NCBI GenBank assembly: GCA_965249485.1
Contig: OZ252239.1
Span: 1,728,001 to 1,792,000, forward strand
Direction of reading: 5' to 3'
DNA length: 64,000 nucleotides
From: a bacterium
GTDB taxonomy: Bacteria; SM23-31
Shown here: piece after piece, positions 56,701-64,000 of the stretch
Numbering within the stretch: position 1 is the stretch's first letter
How the letters are laid out: each line of letters begins with the position of its first letter
Made by a program: the position numbers and the translations under genes
Notes under the pieces: generated by a model
Database searches by the model: none
Seen by the model: only the letters and a program-made list of their open reading frames with translations
What the model was told of the DNA's origin: nothing

Positions 56701-57189
56701 AATTTTCAACGAATCTCCTGCGCCCATTCCGGTATTATCATAATCGAACTTCGAAGTTACAATCGAAGCATCAAATTCGCCTCCATATGGAGACCACTTT
56801 GATGGGTCATCATATTCTTTCCAGTTGCTATTATTCTCATTCCAGCTTCGTGTTATTCTGTGTACATCAATAGTATCTGCACCCACATTGTTTACACTAT
56901 TGTACGTCAGGACAAGAGTTGCAGAATCTATTGCAGAATTACTTGGGATTGAGTCAAGAGGAAATTCAAGAATAGATCTCTGACTTGTTGTGTCGGGGTA
57001 TCCAAAGTATAGAACGCTTAAATTGCCGTATTTAGATGATTGAGATGAAGATAGTCCGAACAAAGAGTTATCTTTCCCAACGGTCGTACTCATTTTGATT
57101 TCAACCGTTGTCTGCGCAAATGCAGCAGTACTCCAAAAAACTAATATAAGTGTTGAAAAAATGGTGATAAGATAGTGACATGTTTTCAT
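53764..57189 (-). CDS. Paralogous large secreted DNRLRE/FN3/FlgD-Ig protein with a nonsense codon just before the CTD
   Basis: ATG at 57189 after AGGAGG; same architecture. TAA at 54034 where the paralog has TAC; the frame continues to ARKLLLLK* at 53764. Confidence 0.82.
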
Positions 57190-57223
57190 AGAAACCTCCT
57201 GTAAAATTAGTATTAACAAATGG

Positions 57224-58804
57224 TTATACTACATGGTTTGTCATTCGATATTTTACCATAAGCATCCTCCTTGATGTCGCGAGACCATCTGTAGACCGCA
57301 TGCGGTATATATAGATGCCGGATGCAACGCTGCTCCCGGAACTGTTTGTCCCGTTCCAGACGATTTGGTGGTTGCCGTTGGGCATGATCGAGTTGACAAG
57401 CGTTGCCACTTCTCTGCCGAGAACGTCGTAAGTTTTCAGGCTGACCGGTGCGGACAGGGAGAGCGAAAAACCGATGGTCGTTGTGGGATTGAACGGATTA
57501 GGATAGTTCTGAGCGAGAGCGAATTCATGTGGCGGAGAACCGGCTGTGGTACTGCCGGATTCTTCTATCCCGGTGATTATCTGCTCATTCCTGTCGGTCA
57601 CAGCCCAGATCGAAAAATGATCTGTTGTTACGGAGATAGTATTGAGCGCCGTATCGATGGTGTATTCGGGAGTGTGCCAGATGAATCCGCGTGCATCGAG
57701 GGAATCGTAAAACGTTACGGTGAGGTCTGTTTCCCCGATACCGCTTGCCTGAAGGAGCTGGTCGGTGTAAGCAAATGTTATTTCGGCACTGAAGAGATCA
57801 TCCGAAGTCGTGATGTCATAGTAAAATAGATTTCTGTTAAAGAGCGGTACACCCTGAAAAACTGGTGCAGTATCGGAAACACGGTTCAAGGTGAGCGTCT
57901 CGTCACCACCCTGCGGATTTGTGACAGAAATATTGAGCGAGGCGTCGTCGGTATACGAAAGGACAATCGCCGATTCCTCTTCCGATACAATGATCTCCCT
58001 CAGTTCACCAACCTGAGTTAGTTCGTTCAGGACATCGAAACTGCCGGTGAGCATATCAGACAGTCCCCGGTGGTCGGTAACCTTGATTTCGGCAACCACG
58101 TCTGTCCCTTCATCAACGGTGGCAGGAGTTCCTGTAAGCACGCCGCTTTCGGTGACTGTCATCCATGTGGGTCCCGAAATAATCTCATACGCATACCAGC
58201 CATTTGATTCAAGATTTCCGATTGCTACGGGAACATGGTAGGGGATTCCCACGAGAGCATCGTTGAGTGATGAATTCGTAATGTCTGGTGGAATGTAGGT
58301 CGGTGTTACGAAGAGCTTTACCGTATCGAGCAGCGGTTCGGTAATGGTGATCTCGCCGGATGCGGTCATAGCCTGATTGATCAGGATACCACCGAATTTG
58401 TCCTGCAGAATGAATTCACCGGGGGGAAGGCTATTCCATGAGAGTGTAACGGTGTTCTGGCTCGCAGACCGTTTGAATTCGATCGTATAGATTTTTTGAC
58501 CGACATCGGCTCTCCGTATATCGTGCTTTACGCCAAGTCCGAGATCCCCGGATTGATTCGTAAACCGGACATCGAGTACTCCGAAAGGGGGAAGGGGAGG
58601 AAGCTGGGCTTCTCCATGTTGGGCATCAATTCCGTCGGTTGCACTGTTGTTGATCCCTAAAACAAGAGAATCCTGAACAGTCCCGTTTTCGGCAACACCG
58701 ATCATTACTTTCCACTGCTGTCCTGATGCACGGCCTGTCCCGATCAATATGAAAAGGGCACAACAGAGGAGTTTTGCAGAGACAACACTATTTCTTGATT
58801 TCAT
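57224..58804 (-). CDS. Secreted protein with an Ig-like (He_PIG) domain and FlgD-Ig/T9SS-like CTD
   Basis: Signal peptide, SGPTWM..SGVLTGTP, TDHFSIWAV, AQNYPNPFNPTT, VASGIYIY. Confidence 0.85.
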   Translation of the reverse strand: MKSRNSVVSAKLLCCALFILIGTGRASGQQWKVMIGVAENGTVQDSLVLGINNSATDGIDAQHGEAQLPPLPPFGVLDVRFTNQSGDLGLGVKHDIRRADVGQKIYTIEFKRSASQNTVTLSWNSLPPGEFILQDKFGGILINQAMTASGEITITEPLLDTVKLFVTPTYIPPDITNSSLNDALVGIPYHVPVAIGNLESNGWYAYEIISGPTWMTVTESGVLTGTPATVDEGTDVVAEIKVTDHRGLSDMLTGSFDVLNELTQVGELREIIVSEEESAIVLSYTDDASLNISVTNPQGGDETLTLNRVSDTAPVFQGVPLFNRNLFYYDITTSDDLFSAEITFAYTDQLLQASGIGETDLTVTFYDSLDARGFIWHTPEYTIDTALNTISVTTDHFSIWAVTDRNEQIITGIEESGSTTAGSPPHEFALAQNYPNPFNPTTTIGFSLSLSAPVSLKTYDVLGREVATLVNSIMPNGNHQIVWNGTNSSGSSVASGIYIYRMRSTDGLATSRRMLMVKYRMTNHVV

Positions 58805-58814
58805 AGCATTTCCT

Positions 58815-58934
58815 TTATTTTATGATCATTTTTTCCGGTGAAATTTCAATCACTGGCTGGGCAAAGGCAGTAACACGTACGAAAAGTGTTACGATGACTG
58901 CCAATACAAATACGCAATAGTTTGCATATTTCAT
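58815..58934 (-). pseudogene. Signal-peptide-only remnant of another secreted protein (39 aa)
   Basis: GAGGAGG RBS; MKYANYCVFVLAVIVTLFVRVTAFAQPVIEISPEKMIIK*. Confidence 0.45.
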
Positions 58935-59520
58935 GACACCTCCTCATGATGGTATAGTTGAAATAGTTGGTTGTTACGATTAGTGAAAATTCCGCATAGT
59001 GCATTACAGTACGAGCCCACACAGAAATCCGGTTAGAATTCGGTTTTCATTGGCACATGAATTCGGTTCATTCCCGGATAGAACCGTGAGTGACACCTGT
59101 ACCTGAATAATTGAAACACAGCCCTGAAAAATCCCTGTCATCCGATGGTATAACGTCAACTCATTCACGTCATCGCGCCACAGGTCACGTCAGGAGCAAT
59201 TTCAAAAATCGCGTACGTTTCCTGTACATAAAATAGGTGGAAATATGGTAAGAAAGTAGGTGGTCGGTAAGCCGGTATTAAATAATGAATACTACAGATC
59301 AAAACACGTGACGGAATTGGAGAAAATCCCAATTCTCGTTTAAATCTGATACTATGCAATGATGTTACAGTAATTATTTGTGGCTATACACAGGAATGCT
59401 GTTCATTCCCTAAACATAGTTGTGGGACAGCTTTTATGCTTTTACACTGATAGGGGTAACCTACCTTTATCACATTGCCCATCACACCAAAATTAGAACC
59501 AATCATTGCTTCCACTTTAT

Positions 59521-59548
59521 ACTATTGATAATATATATTATGTTAATA
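59521..59548 (+). other. dif: dif-like XerC/XerD recombination site
   Basis: ACTATTGATAA-TATATA-TTATGTTAATA has the 11-6-11 layout with a TTATGTTAA XerD arm, and lies in a long intergenic gap. Confidence 0.7.
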
Positions 59549-59858
59549 ATGTACATATAATATAACAAAACTTTTCGAATGTCAAGCTTTTTTTTCGGCA
59601 GCAAGTAATTTTTTTCACACTGCCTGCACACGTTGTAGAAGTAGCACATCCGTATGCGCTTTTTCATACGTATATCTCAGCTCAATATCCAGGGATGAGC
59701 AAAAATATGAGTGTTGGTTGATTATTAGATTAATAGGGATAATAGGGCGAGGAATGTAATACAAAAAGGGAGTGGATTGTTGAGGATATATGTGTGGTCA
59801 GGATGAGAAGGGGCGGGCATCCCTTCTTAATGATTTGGTTGCGTCAAAAGAGCGTAGC

Positions 59859-60071
59859 GAGTCAGTTCCTGAACCGACTAATGGTGCTGCCACAGTAACA
59901 GAGTGGAGCGAAAGTAGTGTAAGACACATACCGGAGAGGGATAGGCAGTCTCACATCATATACGATTAGTCAAAATATTTTGGATAGCAAAAAAGGGCAG
60001 CGCTTGAATCGGTGCTGCCCTTTTTTCTACCTTCAAAACAATTACTTCAAGAGTAGTAATTTGCGTGCCAT
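59859..60071 (+). repeat. ~210-bp repeat, copy 2, including an orphan MARKLLLLK* CTD tail
   Basis: Minus strand ATGGCACGCAAATTACTACTCTTGAAGTAA followed by the same terminator. Confidence 0.85.
59989..60026. terminator. Intrinsic terminator (copy of 50035)
   Basis: AAAAAAGGGCAGCGC...GTGCTGCCCTTTTTT. Confidence 0.8.
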
Positions 60072-60125
60072 TCAGTATAAAGCATTTGTTGATCTGCTCC
60101 TATACGTAAACAGCTATTTTTGAGC

Positions 60126-61872
60126 TTATTGTTTGATTACCGCCGTACCGGTCGGAAATGTGGCCGAAGAAGCAGTTAAGTCATAACTGACATGATCGAC
60201 AGCATCGGAAGGGATTGCACCCGTCAACGGTTTTAATGTAAATGGTAACGGATTATTATCCGGCGATGGTTCAATAGAGATAACCGCGGTCGCTCCGGCA
60301 ATATCGGTCGGGAACGTTAAACCAGCCGGTGCGTCTTCGACAAAGTCCTCACCGGGGAATGGAGGTCCGGAATCCGGTCCGCTGTAAGGATCGTTGTCGT
60401 CAACCTGGTCCAATGCAGTGAATGTACCGCTTGTCACAGGTGTTCCATCCATGACAACCCAGCCTTCATATTTCCAGCCTGCCGGAAGCGTCGGCATTGT
60501 TAAACCGGCACTAGAACCCAAGGCCGTGACCGTCACCGTTCCCGTTACAAAACCCGTACTATTATTATCCATTGTATACACAACATGATCGACAGCATCC
60601 GAAGGGATTGCACCGGTTAAAGGTTTTAACGTAAACGGCGCAGAATCATCATCCGGAAACGGTTCAATAGAGATAACCGCCGTCATTCCGGCAATATCGG
60701 TTGGGAACGTTAAACCGACCGGTGCGTTTACGATAAAGTCCTCACGGGGGAACGGCGGTCCGGCTATGGTACTGCTATACGGTGCCGAATCATCTTCCTG
60801 ATCAACAGCTAAGGAAGGTTCCGGTTGTCACAGGTGTTCCGTCAATGACAACCCAGCCCTCATAGTTCCAACCTGCCGGTAAAGTGGGTAAGGTCAAACC
60901 CGAAACAGGTGATCCGCCTGTTGGATCAAGCCACCATATACCGCTATTTTCATTCGTACTATCGCCGTTTGTCGGTGTTGCTAAAATATAACTGCCTGCT
61001 GCGCTGCTGAAATCGTCTCCCAAAGAAGAACCGTGCATGACATCGAGATTTGCAGCACCACTTGCTATGTCGCCACCAAGGATTTCTGTCGATGATGGAG
61101 TTGTGTCGACATCACCGGCAGGTTCTATCGATAGAACAACGGCACTTGCAGTACTTAAATCCCCACCAACAGTAAATATGCCCTGGTCGATTACCGTCCC
61201 GTCCAGATCGACAAGGTCTCCATTAGAATCGACATTGAATTTCCCCGTGCTTACCGGTACACCATCAACAATCGCCCACCCCTCGTAATGAGAATTATTC
61301 GATAACGGTTCTAATCCGGTGTAACTCATGGTAAAGGTTGTAGCCGGAGGATTCAAGAACCATATTCCGCTGTTTTCATCTGTTGTCACACTTGTCGTCG
61401 GCGTTGCTAAAATATAGGAACCTCCTGAACTTGAATAATCACTTCCCAGTGCGGAACTATGCGCTATGGTTAAACTGGCTGATGTGCCCGAAACATCTCC
61501 GGCCAAAATATGCGTACTTGATGGAATTGCATCGGTATCACCGTCTAGTTCAATCGTTAACACAATTTCCGAAGAATTTGTCAGGTCCGTTCCCGTTTGG
61601 AATTCTGCATCGGCAATCGCTGCTCCATCCAGGTCAACCAAATTTCCTGAACCATCGACATTGAATTTTCCCGTGGTGACAGCGGCGCTATTGATAATCG
61701 CCCACCCCTCATAATGAAATCCGTCGGTAAGTGGATCTAATCCGCTGAAGTTTAACTACAGAGTCATCATATCCGAATCCCCTGGAACTATCGGGTTGTC
61801 ATCATTACTGCATGCAATGCCCATAATCCCGATCAGTAATGCTACTATTGTTACAACATGGTAACGCTTCAT
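60126..61872 (-). pseudogene. Lipoprotein with tandem repeated YEGW..TGxF domains, disrupted
   Basis: Lipobox GIAC; four YEGW units, YILATPT and PPFPGEDF motifs; TAG at 61756 and a frameshift near 60810. Confidence 0.75.
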
Positions 61873-62003
61873 GAGGCAATCCTCCCTTTGAAAAATGGTT
61901 TTAATAGTTCGTTCAAATGTTATACTATTAAACGTATTTAATGAGGAAAAATTCCCCGTAAGTCATTGTATTTATATAACAAAAGTATCACGAAAAAGGC
62001 AGG

Positions 62004-62720
62004 TTGTATTTCAGACAAAAATCACAATGCAGTTTTGTCGGAAGGCATGAGATGAATTATTTCGGAAAAGGCATGAAACATCAGGAAGGATGCAACAACA
62101 ATGAATTCAAGTACGGTATTATGAATAATATAATTAGAAAAGCCAGTATAGACTCAAATAAATACAGAAATCTGAGATGGATTTTGGAATGTTTAGGTGT
62201 AAAAGATGATATTCAGTACAGAAAAGTTAGAGATGACTTTGAAAAAATCACTCAAGAAACGAGAAAGAAGCGGAGGCCATTCGCGCAGTTAGATTTCCGT
62301 TTCAGAGATCATGATGGTATTCCGATTGAAGACTACAGTTTTGTTTTAGGAGTTATTGTAAATGGACGAAAGCGACCTTCAAATACTGTTGCTCATTTGC
62401 ATAAAAACACGATTTCAAAGAACCATATTTCAATATTCCTTAATATACATGAACTGGAGCCTAATTTAACGTATTTCTTTGATCTCACTGCCAATACGGA
62501 TACTCCACTCGTTGAATATGACGACAGGTGGACACCGGAAAGAACAGGCAATCAGTTAACGTCTATTATTAGCCAAGACCAGACAACACAAATTGATGTA
62601 AAATTATCCCGCGAACCAAACCGGGAACTGTTCATTTTTCATACAGGTGATGACAAAGACCTGCACGTAAAATGGGATAGATCGGGCATTGTTACTAAAA
62701 AGAGGTTGAAAACTAAGTAA
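62004..62720 (+). CDS. Hypothetical protein, possibly the C-terminal remnant of an alpha/beta-hydrolase-associated protein
   Basis: FAQLDFRFRDHDGIPIEDYSFVL and QTTQIDVKLSR; the N-terminus looks non-coding. Confidence 0.45.
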   Translation: MYFRQKSQCSFVGRHEMNYFGKGMKHQEGCNNNEFKYGIMNNIIRKASIDSNKYRNLRWILECLGVKDDIQYRKVRDDFEKITQETRKKRRPFAQLDFRFRDHDGIPIEDYSFVLGVIVNGRKRPSNTVAHLHKNTISKNHISIFLNIHELEPNLTYFFDLTANTDTPLVEYDDRWTPERTGNQLTSIISQDQTTQIDVKLSREPNRELFIFHTGDDKDLHVKWDRSGIVTKKRLKTK

Positions 62721-62950
62721 TTTACCTGTAATTAACCTATTTGAACATTCGAAGGACTACCCTACTGGACTCGAACTCGTTTTGAAGTTATACTATATAT
62801 CAGAAGTAACTCGGTTTGCTACTTTCACAATTTGTTGTTGTAGCATATCAATTGTTGCGACTTTTGTCTGTATATTCCCGTTTAATCATGTAGATTGGAT
62901 GGTTGTACACTATACGTGTACAGGCTGAACTTTTGTATTAACGGGCGGGA

Positions 62951-63475
62951 ATGTACGTGACGGAAGAATCAAAGAGTCTCACACCGAAACAGGAACTGTT
63001 TGTTCACCACTATATCGCTACGAATTATAACGCGACCGAGGCGGCGATTCTCGCGGGGTATAGCGAAAAAACGGCCGGCGTCATCGGGCACGAAAACCTG
63101 AAAAGACCTGAGATTTTAGAGGCTGTCTCAAAACGGAAGTCGGAGATTGTCGATGCGATCAAGGCGGATACGCTTTTGACGATGCAGCAGTATAAGCGTC
63201 TTGCGGCATTCGACATACGGAAACTCTACCACCCGGACGGAAAATTGAAGGAGATATCCGAACTGGATGACGAGACGGCCGCGGCTGTGTGCGGGGTCGA
63301 TGTGATCGATAAGAAGTACGGTGATAATTTTTATGAGATTGTGAAGTACAAGACGGTGGATAAGAGGGGAGCGCTCGATTCGCTCGCGAAGATCCAGGGA
63401 CTGCTTGTTGACAAGCACCAGTTGTCATTGCATGACGTGGAAATCAATGTGAATCTGGTCGATAATGAAGATTGA
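62951..63475 (+). CDS. terS: Phage terminase small subunit
   Basis: LTPKQELFV..Y....NATEAAILAGYSEKTA..IGHENLKRPEI, AFDIRKLY..DG, DKRGALDSLAK. Confidence 0.92.
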   Translation: MYVTEESKSLTPKQELFVHHYIATNYNATEAAILAGYSEKTAGVIGHENLKRPEILEAVSKRKSEIVDAIKADTLLTMQQYKRLAAFDIRKLYHPDGKLKEISELDDETAAAVCGVDVIDKKYGDNFYEIVKYKTVDKRGALDSLAKIQGLLVDKHQLSLHDVEINVNLVDNED

Positions 63476-63640
63476 GAACGTCAATTAGGTTTTTTTGTTC
63501 ATTCGTGATTTTCTGGATTTTGTGAGAGTTTAAGAACGATACGGCAACACTTTTTTTATTGCGTTGCCGGGACTTTTAGATTAGATTAAAAATACAAAAT
63601 AAATGAGTCATATACATTCGTTACAGTGAGCCTATTAATC

Positions 63641-64000
63641 ATGGTAGAGAAAAATTGGTTTAAGAGACATTTTGTTTGGACAGGAGTCATTGGAGTTACA
63701 GTTTTATTTATTCTGACTGGAATTTTTAGCGGATGTGGAGATAGTGAAGCAAAAAGGATTCAAACAATATTAGAAGGCAGACAAAATTTCCATGTTGTTG
63801 TAACTGATTGGGAAGCTCTTGGTTGGGGAAGGCGCTATAACACTAATACTGATAAAGAAATTGATAGTGATTGGACTAAACTAGAATTATATGTGACTAA
63901 TAACGAACACGGTATTGCATTGGATGGGCTTACTATCGCCGTACATATTAGAACTACCGCCAGTTTACATGGAGATGATACAATTTCGGGAAGATTATTT
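63641..64000 (+). CDS. Hypothetical lipoprotein (3' end outside window)
   Basis: MVEKNWFKRHFVWTG...IFSGC; the frame is open to the window end. Confidence 0.55.
   Translation, partial: MVEKNWFKRHFVWTGVIGVTVLFILTGIFSGCGDSEAKRIQTILEGRQNFHVVVTDWEALGWGRRYNTNTDKEIDSDWTKLELYVTNNEHGIALDGLTIAVHIRTTASLHGDDTISGRLF

Noticed and set aside
40753..57189. Diversity-generating retroelement TR/VR pairs among the repeats
   Set aside because: There is no reverse transcriptase in the window and the mismatches between copies are not adenine-specific.
58940..59500. Riboswitch (e.g. c-di-GMP) in the long leader of the secreted-protein cluster
   Set aside because: No recognisable consensus by eye; an Rfam cmscan would be needed.
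1248..63428. Numerous short antisense or overlapping ORFs in the track (e.g. 8816-9322, 20693-21379, 37920-38474, 57365-57829)
   Set aside because: They are shadows of well-supported genes on the opposite strand or frame, with no independent motifs.

Overview
An AT-rich bacterial region, probably from an FCB-group organism (inferred from FlgD-Ig/T9SS-like 'NYPNPFNPTT' C-termini and abundant D-S/T-x motifs). It behaves like a gene-accretion and decay zone. (1) 1-9.5 kb: a trans-envelope signalling cluster (TonB receptor, substrate-binding lipoprotein, YfiR, hybrid kinase, response regulator, FapA/DUF342). (2) 9.6-17.6 kb: five diverged copies of a non-coding promoter-plus-conserved-site element. 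One copy ends in GTTAGGC directly before a Kef antiporter + Zn-finger unit that closes with a degenerate attC, i.e. an integron-type cassette with no intI in the window. A hidden HEPN-motif pseudogene lies between two other copies. (3) 17.6-29 kb: TPR/PAS kinase, truncated regulator, TPR lipoprotein, DinB, VOC and M24 genes. (4) 29-41 kb: a decayed prophage/integrative element with two exported thermonucleases, TM2, cI/cro, a dead tyrosine integrase, IS1595, a tRNA-Phe 3' att fragment, a Dam pseudogene, ERF, a replisome organizer and DnaC. (5) 41-62 kb: minus-strand cargo blocks (glnS, four OM beta-barrels, large DNRLRE/FlgD-Ig proteins, a repeat lipoprotein), most bracketed by diverged direct repeats, plus a dif-like site at 59521-59548. 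An orphan terminase small subunit follows. Many genes carry single-base indels or nonsense codons, so real decay cannot be separated from sequencing error without reads. All family calls come from motif recognition by eye, not database searches.
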